Shown here: positions 39,985 to 51,622 of the stretch, in pieces
Layout of the letters: the number at the start of each line of letters is the position of its first letter
Numbering within the stretch: the first letter of the stretch is position 1
Program-made: the position numbers and the translations under genes
Notes under the pieces: model-generated
What the model was told of the DNA's origin: nothing
The model's input: the letters and a program-made list of their open reading frames with translations, nothing else
Database searches by the model: none
DNA from: Marsupella aquatica
Taxonomy: Eukaryota > Plantae > Marchantiophyta
Length of the DNA: 64,000 nt
Direction: 5' to 3'
Assembly (NCBI GenBank): GCA_973895155.1
Contig: OZ316897.1
Location: 9,943,832 to 10,007,831 of the forward strand

Positions 39985-40280
39985 CTCGGGGGTCTCACTA
40001 TATGGGGACCTCCCCATCACCTGTGACGTTTTTAGGCCTCGGACCCCCTAAAATGTAAGAATTTTTTTAATTTTTTAACCCCTATAAAGTTAGAATATTC
40101 TTGGAATATTCTTAAAATTGGATTAAAAAAACCCTAATATTCTTATAAGTCTCAAAATTGAATTTAAAAGACCCTATTGTTCTTCTACAAAAAATCTTAA
40201 ATCTTCCCTTAGAACCAATAAAATGACCCTATCCTTCGTCGCACGTGATATGCCATTTTTGTGGAAGTGAAACCCCCGAG
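39985..40280 (+). mobile_element. 296-bp MITE with 15-bp TIRs and 8-bp TSD (hAT-like)
   Basis: TIRs CTCGGGGGTCTCACT / AGTGAAACCCCCGAG. Perfect TSD AAAGGCGT at 39977-39984 and 40281-40288. Confidence 0.85.
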
Positions 40281-40299
40281 AAAGGCGTTAGCTGGGTTG

Positions 40300-41610
40300 A
40301 GTTTACCGTCAATCTTGACTAGCTCAAATAAATTATCAAACATAAATTGTTTGATCAAATATTTGGTACTTGACATTTATGAGCTTCACTCTGTTGTCCA
40401 TCACCTGGTTAATTCATAACAAGGTGAAGCGCACTCTGATTATCATAATGCAGCTTCATATTCTCCTATGATAATCTCATTTTAGTGATAAGTCTATCCA
40501 ACCAAATCGTTTCTTTTGTTACATCTGGTGCTGCAACATACTCCACTTCTATAGTAGATTGAGGTATACATTTTTGTAAAGTAGACCTCCAACTTATGCA
40601 TCCATTCCCAAGTGATATACCTATTGTTGATCTCCTCTAGGGTCCAAATCTTGTCAATAGTCAGAACCTACATAGTCAATCAATGATCTAGCATTCATAG
40701 CTCCCTCATACGCTCGTTTCCCTTAAAATAAACCCTTAAAAATTATTCTCCATGGAAGACACCTTGTTGCCGTTGTGTCCAAAAAGGAAAATGATGACCA
40801 CCGTTGGGAAATATTTCCGGATTTCACATCCGCCGTCATCTTGTCATCAACAGGTGTTGTAGTGCACAAAACTTTGCTGCAAGTTGCTCGCTTCACATCA
40901 AGTGCCAATCTTGCACTAAAAAAAAGTCTTGTTGCAATCTCTCCGTTGAATTGTAGCACTTTGCGATTATTCCTCTGAGTTTGATGCAATGACAGGAAAC
41001 CCAGTTTAGGCAAAAAAAGCTCCATAGCTAATCAAAAAACCAAAAATCCTTTTTTTTGGCTTGTTGCATTGCACTCGGTACAAACTCGACAGCAAACCAG
41101 GTACCAAAGTGACCAACTCTTCCCAACCTACAATCTCAGCTACAACATGCAATGCCTCATGCACTGCAAATCTCACACCGTCAAGAAAAAGAATGTTGGT
41201 CCCTCCTTCAAAAACCATCCAATACAAATTTTGCTAACTTTTTGCAAAATTCTAGAATGACAAAAACTTAGATATGTTCATCCACAAACTTTGTTTAGGG
41301 ATTTTTACGCACCATGAAAAAACCCTTACCCCAATCAATCCGCTAAGCCCATAAACTTTGAGTCCACGCGATAGAACTTTGGGAAATCCACCAACACTAA
41401 TTGCTAGAAAAGTTGTCACAAGAAACCATTACAATAAACGTCACCTCCCATGCATGTTTTGATACCAATTGTTAAGCATACACGACATTCACAACGATAA
41501 ACACATGACACATCCAACATGCAAGTAGTTGACACAAGAGATATGTGGTTTTTCTTCTCAAGGCTACGTCAACAAGAACACACAAGAGAGTTTTACTGAA
41601 CTCTAAGTCC
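40300..41610 (-). mobile_element. Degenerate Ty1/copia remnant (partial 5' LTR, PBS, leader) of the same family as the 61.3-kb element
   Basis: TTTGATACCA (~41458-41467) is the reverse complement of a PBS-Met. 41470-41607 aligns with the reverse complement of 61510-61646, and 41040-41230 with that of 61870-62075. Left boundary uncertain. Confidence 0.7.
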
Positions 41611-42557
41611 ATCTTCCATACCAAGTTATTGTCCATTGCAGGTCATAGAATCCACTCAATACATCGTTGACACTAAAGTTCTAAACATCAAGATAGTTTT
41701 TAGAGAATAGACTAATTTGAAGAATTTGCAATGTCAGATCAAAATAATTGTACACACCTTACCTATCTTTTCGGTCCATGTGCAATAACTTGACACAAGA
41801 AGTGATATTAATGTCTTTGTCACTTAGGTGATCTTATAGCTATCACCTTACCCCCGGATCTTATAGCTATCGCCTTACCCCCGGCTCTGTGCCCTTTGGA
41901 TGTTTATTTCTTTGGGCCTTGCAAGTTATTGCTGCTGGTATCCTTAAAGACCTATTTTTGAAGATGTTTTGATTTAATCTGTAGATAATTGTAAGAAGAT
42001 GACCATGCAATCTTCTCTTACAATCCATGTACACTTAGTTTTGTTTCTCATGTATACATTTAACCAAAATTTGCATGTAAGCACCTTGAGCTGCTGGCTA
42101 CAGTGAACCACTACCCCAAATAGTGCCTGCCCTATGACTTCCATTGCCCACCCTGCCTTATATTCTTCCCACCCTATGTCTATTGATAAGCAAAGTGGTA
42201 TTCCTCAGCTTGCCTATTTTCCCGCATGTTTTGTTATCTCATCTCTGTAACTATTCCTTTGGGGAAATTGCTACTGGTTGAATGTGTGGATTGCTTGACG
42301 ACATAGTGTGAAAGTGCATTTCTTTTGCTCTAACAATTAATTAACATCAATTTTGCTAAGGTCTCTCTTAGCCATGGATTGAGGTGATGCATGCACTTCA
42401 TTTATCTTCCTCCTCTTGGGAACATACATAGGTTCTTGCCTTCTTTTCTTGAGCATCAATGTCAACCATTTTTTGGTTTCTCAACAGATGTTGCTTTCCC
42501 TGCAACTTAGATCCTTTCATATGACCAAGTAGCAAAAGTATGAAGGCACAGTGACTT

Positions 42558-42854
42558 CTCAGGGATTTCACTTCCACAAAAATGGCACATTACGTGCGAC
42601 GAAGTATAGGGTCGTTTTATTGATTCAAAGGGAAGACTTAAAAAAATTCTGAGAAGAACAATAGGGTCTTTTAAATCAAGTTTTGAGACTTATAAGAACA
42701 TTAGGGTCCTTATAACCAATTTTTTGGAATATTCCAAAAATATTCAAACTTGATAGGGGTTGAAAAATAAACTTTTTTTTCTTATATTTTAGGGGGTCCG
42801 AGTTCTAAAACGTTGCAGGTGATGGGGAGGCATCCATATAGTGAGACCCCCGAG
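42558..42854 (-). mobile_element. Second copy of the 296-bp MITE, inverted
   Basis: Collinear reverse complement of 39985-40280. Ends CTCAGGGATTTCACT / AGTGAGACCCCCGAG. Flanks AGTGACTT / GGTAGCTT (possible decayed TSD). Confidence 0.85.
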
Positions 42855-44367
42855 GGTAGCTTGACTAGTACATGGTGGAGAGATCAAGAGAGGATTTTGG
42901 ATTAAGTTTACCTTGTTCTCAAGGTGATTGAAGCTGATTTGTAGTGTGATTTTTATGTAAGGTGGACATTTTTCTGTATGTGAAGCACATCTTCTATTAA
43001 TCTTCTAGATGTTTAAATAACCTCCCACATTTAGATTCAACCAAATGAGTCTTGATAGAGTCCAATAACCAATTCAAAAAGTCTACACCAAAAGAATCAC
43101 GCATTTCCACATTAGAAATACAAACCAAAACAAGGGGTATATGCTTGTAGGGTATTCCATTGTTTGCCAACCTTATGGGACATTGTAGTTGCCAATGCTA
43201 TTCCTAGCTATTACAACTTTTAAACAAATTGCCACTGAAGTTGTCCAAAATTACAATACTTCCACCCTTTTTCTAGTATATATATAATATTGTCGTCCAA
43301 AATTACAATACTTCCACTATTTTTTATTATTTTTAAAACTGCCACGATCAATTGTTGTATATTGTTATCTTAGTTTGATGAAATTGTATGCCATAGGATC
43401 AATTTTTGTATATTGTTATCTTAGTTTGATGAACTTGTATGCCACGGCTATGTTTCTCTTTCATATGATATAACTTTTTTGTAGACTGCATATGGTTAGA
43501 ACTTCCGTCTGGGGTGTGTAGGTGAGAATTAAGTTACATACGCGTTGGCTTGGGGGATAACTTTGGTGGAAGTCCCACATCACGTCACGGGTCAAAGTAT
43601 ATGGTCATTTAAATGATCTTGAAGGAATATTTCCAAAGTTTTGTGGAAGAACAATAATAAGGGTAAAGAACAATAGGCCCTCAAAAAATTGGTCATATTC
43701 CATGGAGCTATCTAAGAAAGTTTTGGGGTTTTTGTGCCATGTACATGCATAGGACACGTGTCATGTTCTAATTGATACACTAGCTTGTCACTATGCAACT
43801 GGTACACATGTATTCCCTTCAATTTTCCCCAAGACAGTAGCTAAAAGTATATATGCATGTATGTGTAGGGGCTAAACAATTTTATGGGGCCTCAATTGTT
43901 GTTGCTATCTTTGGAGGGCTATATATAGAAGGGCGTAACTTGAGGAGACAATTGGTTGGGCCATTGGTACTCCAACAAGATCTGACTGTTGGATTAGGAT
44001 AGAGTTTTTGGTATTCAGGTTTGTGGTTTAGGCCAGGGACTTAAGGGGCGACCAACCTGTCGCCCAATTCCAGGTTTAATTTGAACACTTTGGAGCTTCA
44101 CTCAGATGAAATGTTGGAGCTTGATGCCATAACAAGATTGTGGGAGGATGGCGCTAGGAGGGAGGATGTTGCTTGACCTTGGAGTGCATTGTTGAGGTCT
44201 CGGAGCAAACTTATTGTTTGTTGAGGAGGTCTACTGCTGTTTGCTTTACTAGCATTTGTTTTTTGGTCATTAATAACACTGAACCCAACTTGGTGTGATC
44301 ATGAATGCCTCTCATTGTTAAAGCATCAGCCTAAGTTGCAACAATCTTACATCTCATTATTAATAAG

Positions 44368-45173
44368 AGTAAGCCCATCCAATTTCATTGATACAATCTT
44401 GCCTAGATTGGGTAATAACCATGAGCCCAATTCTCTGTGATTTTTCCACTAGTTGCTAATAATGTGAGCCCAATTGGGTATGATCATTAAGTCGTGGAAC
44501 TCGACTATCTTAACACTTAGCTCTGGCGTCGCTGACTCTGACGCCGAGCTCCCTTATGGTCCAGGCGCAAATAGGCCATCCGGGGAGGACTTAGCATTGG
44601 GAGACTTATAAGCAATGAGATGTGACACTCGCGAAGGCAAAGCGCCAAGCTGGTGACACACACTAAGGACTTAGGCTAGCTGAGAGCTGGTCGGGTCAAG
44701 GGGAATAGGGGTCGGGCTCAAGGTCGACCGTCCAGAACCCCGGACGGACTTTGAGTTTTGAGGGCTTGAGTGTGAGCTCCTCTTGGGCCCAAGGCCAATG
44801 GCTACGGACGCTTGGGGTGTGAGTTATGCCCCGATCCGGGTTTGGCCTATCGGGGACCTCGAGCGACGATGAGACCTGAGGGCCTAGGCATGAGCACTAG
44901 GTCGGCTCGATCACAATGGGCTAAGGCACTCCGCTTGTGGACGCCTAACAAGAAAGTTATGGGCGTTACCAGTTGGTGGCGCGTCCAGTATGCAAGATAG
45001 GGTCCGGGTTGGGGGCCAAAAGTTTAGGGACCAAAGCTGGTCCGTGGGTGGCAAGGTCCACCACTATTCTCCAGTCTCATCTTTTATAAGTGAGCTTGTA
45101 TAGTTCTTCTCTCCTCACCCAACTCCCGACCCAACTCACTCGTAAAGACCGAACACTCACATTTGGGCTTACA
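44368..45173. mobile_element. Possible solo LTR (GC-rich block)
   Basis: GC-rich block bounded by (A)GTAAGCCC...GGGCTTACA inverted termini, typical of LTR ends. No matching TSD. Confidence 0.3.
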
Positions 45174-46005
45174 TTGTGAGTGGACATTGAACAAATGTTT
45201 TTGCACCAAATGTTTGAGATAAATAATCTCATCAGTTATTAGTCATCTCCATTCGTCAGCCTGATATCTGCTGCCATCTCATCTCAGAGAGGCCTCCGAG
45301 CTGTGGCAAGCAAAAAAACAATTCAAAAATCTGATTTTTTGTCAAAATTTAAATTAGAATTTAAAAATAAATAAATTTCACTATGGGGTGTACTGTATCA
45401 ATTATTAGCCACTGATAACTGATGATGTTGTGTACCCTCTAAATTTCTCTATCCACAAAGTCATTAGGATTTAGAGCTCTATGATATTATTTTGCCTCTT
45501 GTTGTTAGTAAGTGTGAGACTACAAAACTTCCTCTTTACTCCTCTCCTCTCCCAATTCACCGGCAGAAGAGCTCTCACATCATGAGTGAGCATTGAATGG
45601 ATAAATGATATTGCTTATGGGTATTGGCTTAGTAATCCAAGGGTTGTTGATCTTCAGACAGTTGTTGAGGCCTGTCATCCTACAGTTAGCTTCTAGTCTC
45701 TCAAGTGATGAAGATATTGGGCTCAGGTTTTTCTCCTGATCAGGTGTACAAATTGAAAAAAAAGTTGATGGTTCATGCCTGGTACTAGGTGGCACTGATC
45801 ATGGGTCTTTGCAATTTTGAACTCTTTGTGTGGATTTTTATTTAGTGCTGTACTAGATTTGTGTTTATTAGAAGCTATATATATCGCAATGTGCAGAACC
45901 TGATCATGTAAAACTTAAATTTGGTAAAGAGTAGAGGACCATGGACAATCCATGCAACAAATCAATATATTGCATGCTCAACTTGTGTACAAAAATAAAC
46001 AAATT

Positions 46006-46232
46006 GGCTTGTAAGTCACAATGCAGAAATTTGAGGCAAATGGCAAAAGCATATTAAGTCAAACACCACAATGCTGTTGGAATTGAAGTAGCCATTGACA
46101 ATATTTACAAATTTCTTGCCATTGCTTTTCTTTTGGTCAGCAAGATGGCATTGGTTGGATATCTAACTCACATGCTCGCAATTTCAATTGATAGAGGTGT
46201 GCCTCAAATTTCTGCATTGTGACTTACAAGCC
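46006..46232. mobile_element. MITE-like/foldback element with perfect 33-bp inverted repeats
   Basis: GGCTTGTAAGTCACAATGCAGAAATTTGAGGCA at 46006-46038 and its exact reverse complement at 46200-46232. Confidence 0.65.
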
Positions 46233-47004
46233 ACCTCAAGCTATCATTCTACTCTACTACTCTATTGATTGCCTTCTACCCCCTAAATTTTGAACTCACA
46301 TACACTATGCAAATTTGCTAAAGTACGTATGTGCCAAACATCCAATTATTGCTCAAACTCTGATTGTTTCAAATCCCTAGATTATATTGTTGTTAGAAAA
46401 TGAGGGGGCTAATCCAACGATCTCCACATTTGAACCATTTTATTAAAGTACATCTCTAAGCTTGGAGCTATTTGACTTTGTACTCCTATAAGACATTTCT
46501 CTTTTTCCTAGCCGCACGCTATTCTTGTCTCCCTTGCAACCGAAATCCAAATCTCTTTTGCCACTGAAAATGAAAGTTTTGGAGCTATGGAGCTTTGGAG
46601 CTTTGGAGTCTACTGTAGATGCCCTTCTTGGACCTTGTACAAACTTTTTGTAACCCTCTTGAACCTATAGTAAAACAGGAAATTCCAATGCAACCAGCAT
46701 CAAAGTGCCAATATTTAGTCATAGGGTAGTTCCATGATCATTGTAGCATCAATTGCCTGGAGTTTACAGACCCCAGATCTTGAGTTAAGAAGTTGATAAA
46801 TACTTAGGGACTTAAGAAAGTTGATCTGAAGATCCCAGTACTAACATCTTGAACCTTGGTCTTCATATCTATCACAAATGGAACCTAGAAAAACTCAACT
46901 CCAACAAAACATTGGTTGAAATTGCTACAAATAGAGAGCAATACATGTTAGTACGTGCCAGTAAGAGCAAGTAGGATGACCCAAAATATGACCAAATTTT
47001 AATT

Positions 47005-47500
47005 GGCAAGATGGGAAAAGATGTAAAAATGTGAGAAAAGGATGTAAAAATGAGGAAAAGATGTCTAGGAGAGAAAAAATGTCAAGTGTGAGGAAAAGAT
47101 GTAGTGGTGAGATAAAGATGTCAAGGTGAGTAAAAGACATCAAGGAGAGAAAATATGTTGAGGGTGAGATAAAGATGTCAAGGTGAGTAAAAGACATCAA
47201 GGAGAGAAAAGATGTTGCGGGTGAGATAAAGATGTCAAGGTGAGAAAATGATGGCAAGGTGAGAAAAAGATAAGATGTCGAGTTGAGAAAAGATGCCAAG
47301 ATAAAGAAAATATGTTAAGCCAGGTGAGAAAGATCTCATTCAAGGAGAAAGATATGTTGAGGAGACAAAAGATGTCAAGGGTGAGAAAAATAAGTCAATG
47401 TGAGAAAAATATGTCAAGGCAAGATAAAGATATTAAGGAGAGACAAATATGTACTAAAGATTAGAAAAATATATATGTCAAGGAGAGGCAAAAACATATA
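47005..47500. repeat. Purine-rich degenerate minisatellite (GAGAAAAGATGTCAAG-like ~18-21-bp units; higher-order 59-bp duplication)
   Basis: About 20 degenerate units. GGTGAGATAAAGATGTCAAGGTGAGTAAAAGACATCAAGGAGAGAAAA repeated at ~47106 and ~47163. Confidence 0.85.
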
Positions 47501-50499
47501 AACTTTGCGATGTAGTTGTTGAGACATGTTATGTGTAATCTCGACCATATGATTGTTGTGATTGTATTCAATAACCTGTGCATTGCACACAGAAATTGGA
47601 GACGCGAGATAGTGGCTATGGCATCATAGAATCCAAGCACAACTGAGTGACATGGAAAAATATGCTTTTCAATCCTAAATTGGTAAAGAAAGATATATAT
47701 ATATAAATTCTGTATTTTATTTATATTCAGAAGTTTTTAAATATTTCCAGTTTAAATGTAAAAAAATTTAATAAAAATAATTTTTTAGTTAAGTTTTTAT
47801 CTTGGACAGGTGTGGGCAGGCTAAAAGGGCAGCTTGGGCAGACATTCATGTAAGATAGGGTGTATGGTTAGAACTGCAATGTAAAAAAACAATATTATGA
47901 CGAAGGGCCATGATTAGTTCCTGTTTTTTCTTCTTGGTTAGAAATCCTTTCACACCAAACATAATCCACTTTTGGTCTATTCCTTCCACTTTTCCAAGTT
48001 AACACTTTTTCCACCGAAAACATCATGCCTAATTTTATTAACAACCAATGCATTTTTATTGCAATAGTGTATAATTATAGTTTTTGGTAACTAAATTGTT
48101 TGAGGCTGACATGGTTACAACAAATACTCAAGATGGTAATTGAAAGAGTATTTGGAAAGAAAGAAGTCAAAACAAGTGGCAGAGAAAATTTAGTAGACTG
48201 ATGGAAGGTCAAGCTGAAGATATAGATTCCCAATATAGCATGTAAAAGAATTGAAATGGGTAGACATTTTAACTTAACTAGTTTATAAAAAACAAGTATT
48301 AAAAAATAATTATAAGAAAGTTAATGCACACATTTTTAAAAATGAGAAAAGTACAATATTTGAAGACATGTGCATTAATTTCAAGGTATTAGTCAATGTA
48401 CTTGTATAAGTACAACAACACTTTGATGCTTCAATTCAAAGAAAAGAACATGAACTACTGAACTTTGTTTTTTAAAACTTTTGTCTCTATTTTGGGCTCT
48501 CTATTTAGGTGACACCTGTTTATCAATAAACCATGAACAATGTAAATTCTATAACTGCATATAAGGTGCACTCATCAATGAATACTGTACTAATTGCTTG
48601 GTTGAACCTCCTCTCATGCAGGTAAGGAAATATTCCCCTAAAAATGCTAAGAGAAATAGGAGGAGACCTGATAATAACTAAGAACATTAAAAGAGTTAAA
48701 GGGGCTGCCAAAAATGAATAACTTCTAAATAATACATAGCTAAAACATGGACTAGGCCAAATGAACATAAAAATACATTTCAATCAAATTGAATTCAAAG
48801 ACAAGATAGCCAAAGAGTGTCCTACCAACTATTTAGATGACATTCCCTACTCAAAACCAGCTATTGCAATTACAACACATTGAGATGCCTGGATACATAG
48901 AATCAAAATTATCTCACTGCAGCTGAGTGAGGGGGAATTGAAAAGATGGTATGTTGACAATTTTGTTTGGTTCATTAATTAACTACATGGCAACCATCTT
49001 CAATCATAGAGTATTTAGTTTGGAGGTTGCTTGGAGAAGGACTAGACTTGCAAAAAGTTCACAATCACTTTGTGAGATATTGGTAGACTTTATGAATCAT
49101 GAATCATTGTCCACCAAAACCAGCTGCAACTTGCTTAACGGACAATTATTATATATATTTTTTATTTTTTTGGTATCACTTGTTCTTACAAAATTGTCAA
49201 ATAATAAATACATGTTGGAATTAAACCTAAGTATCCCCCATAGTAGCTTCAAAGGAATGACAAAAAATTCCTTGGAATTCCTTGGGCTAGAACCCAAACA
49301 ATTCACCACAGATCTGCCATGCACACAATTATCATTTGGAGCAGAATAGGGTTGTCAAAAGTTGGGAATTGGAAAGGAACAATGTTTCACCAAAGAGACC
49401 CTTCCAATGAGGCCACCTAAAAATGGTGAAATGCAGCCAATGAGCTATCATTTTTTCCATGGCTGGCATGGGGCTTGGTTGTGGGCTGTTGCTATCAACT
49501 TCTCCTTTTGTACCAAGAGTACATTGTGTAAGGTAAAGCCTCTGAAACCAAGGGCGTTCTTCTAATGAAGGCCCATGTGAAGACGTTCATTTAGAAGGTG
49601 TCTTAGTAATGGAGGGCTTAGTTTACAATGGTTTGAGTGACAAACAATTTCACCTAGTTATGTGCATCAAATTCCATGCAAACATTTTGGACTGTGTTTA
49701 GCTTGATTTTCCCATGGTGTTGTGGCAAACAAGGTAGGCTGGAGGCAGAATTGTACACGGTCCCCATGACCTTCCAAGGTTGCTGGAAAGTATCTCAACC
49801 ATCAAAGTAGCACATTGGATTAGCAATTTGGAAGTACTTGGACCTTATCAACTTTGATGCCGGATTTGACCAAATGGCCACAAGTCAGATGACAGTTGAC
49901 AAAGCACTTGGTGAAGGGAAGAGCTACCCTCCTAAATCCTAATGGCAATTGCTTGCATAAAGAGAATCATACTTGATGATCAAATAGCTAGTTTGGAGGT
50001 ATCATTAGTTTCAACCCTCACCAGCCTTCATTGAGGACAAAGCTTAAGATTGAGGCTAATCAATATAGACTAACATTGATTAATTAGCCTGTGCTTGTCA
50101 CATGTATCAGGATAAATACTAGGCACGAATCATTGTGGTCATTGGATGCCAAAGCTTGTGGTATATAGACAGTCAACTGGAAAGGACAAGTCTTTGGTTT
50201 GAATCCTGCTAGCATAGGCATTGTTGAACTTACATTCATCCCACCCTAAAGTGGGGTTTACTCACAACCTATTCACGCTTAGAAAATTGTGAGAAATGAA
50301 AAATGATGGGCAGCAGACACACGCTGCAGGCGGCAGCCAAGTACACGAGGCTCATTATGAGATGCGATCTTGTCTTTTGTTGTGAATCTTTGGAATGGTT
50401 TTTTTTTTTAAGTTTTAAACCTGCGAAAAATCCCATGGGAAGGGCGACAAGCAACCCAAAAAGGTTAAAATGGTCACAACTTAGACGACGTTGACAGTG

Positions 50500-51380
50500 C
50501 ACAACTTAGACGACGTTGACAGTGCAGGAGTCTCCTAATGGCTGTTGCTAGCTTTGATGCCCTGTTGGCTAACAAATCAGACTGCAATTGACATTGCACT
50601 ATTGTGAGGGGAAAGAGCCTCCTAACATCATCGTTAGCTTTGACACCCTATTAGATGCTTGGCATTGATAGTACACCATTGTGAAGGGAAAGAACCCTCC
50701 TAGAGCTTGTCACATCTAGCTTTGATGCCCTCTAGCACAAATTAAATCCAAAATTCGAATGGTCATTGACAGTGCACCACCATGAAGGGAAACAGCCTCC
50801 CAATGGCCGTTGCTTACATCAGCAGCAGGTTGGAGGTATGGTTCTTCCGGCCATCAATCAACTTTAGTGCGATATTGCCCAAAGCTTTTCAAATCAGAAG
50901 GCCAATGACAATGCACCATCGCAAAGGGAAACAACCTCCTAACAGCCATTGCTAATGTATGAAGCTTTGCCTTGGGACCCTATCTCCTGGTTTGGCCTAT
51001 TTGTCCTTTGGCACATGTAGCATGTTGGAGGTCCTCTTCTTTATTGTCATTCAACTTGGGCCTCTTTGGTCTTCCTGGAGTCCTTTCTTTCCCCCCTTTA
51101 TTGGGTTCTTTTGTCTTTGAGATCATGTATCCCTGAAGTTCCTATCTTTTTTTCAGTGTGATATATACTTTGGCACCCTGTTGGCCAAACCGTCACAAAT
51201 CAGACTGCCATTGACACTGCACCGTCTTGAATGGGAAACAGCCTCCTAACGGCCGTCTCGAATGTAAGTATCACGGTGGACGCACCGTTCTTCCCACCGT
51301 CAATCAGCTTTCGTGCGCTAATGGCCCTAACGGCCTCGACTCAGACGGCCGTCGACGGCGCACCGTCGTGAAAGGAAGAT
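50500..51380. repeat. Degenerate array upstream of RPT1
   Basis: TGACAGTGCACC...GAAGGGAAACAGCCTCCTAACRGCCRT unit at ~50520, 50590, 50670, 50770, 50910, 51215, 51358 (and ~49895). Confidence 0.8.
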
Positions 51381-51622
51381 CCAGCGAGAGCTTCCCTTTG
51401 TTTCATCCCGTGTCGTCTCTTCTCTTCTGTTGTTCTCGACTCTTTATGTTTTCTCGTCTCGCGTTACGCCCTCTCTGTTCTGTTGTGTTGCGTTTCATTC
51501 TCTCTGCCCTCTTTCTCTTGCAGCCGAGGAGAGGAGAGGAAAGGAGTCCCAGAGCCACAGGAGGGAACAATCAAGTTTTCTGCGAGAAGAGAGGAGAATT
51601 TGGAGGAGGAGGAGCTGTCAAG

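Noticed and set aside
43572-43605. GTCCCACATC (snRNA USE-like) with a TATA-like motif
   Set aside because: Lies in sequence related to the MITE family; no snRNA body follows.
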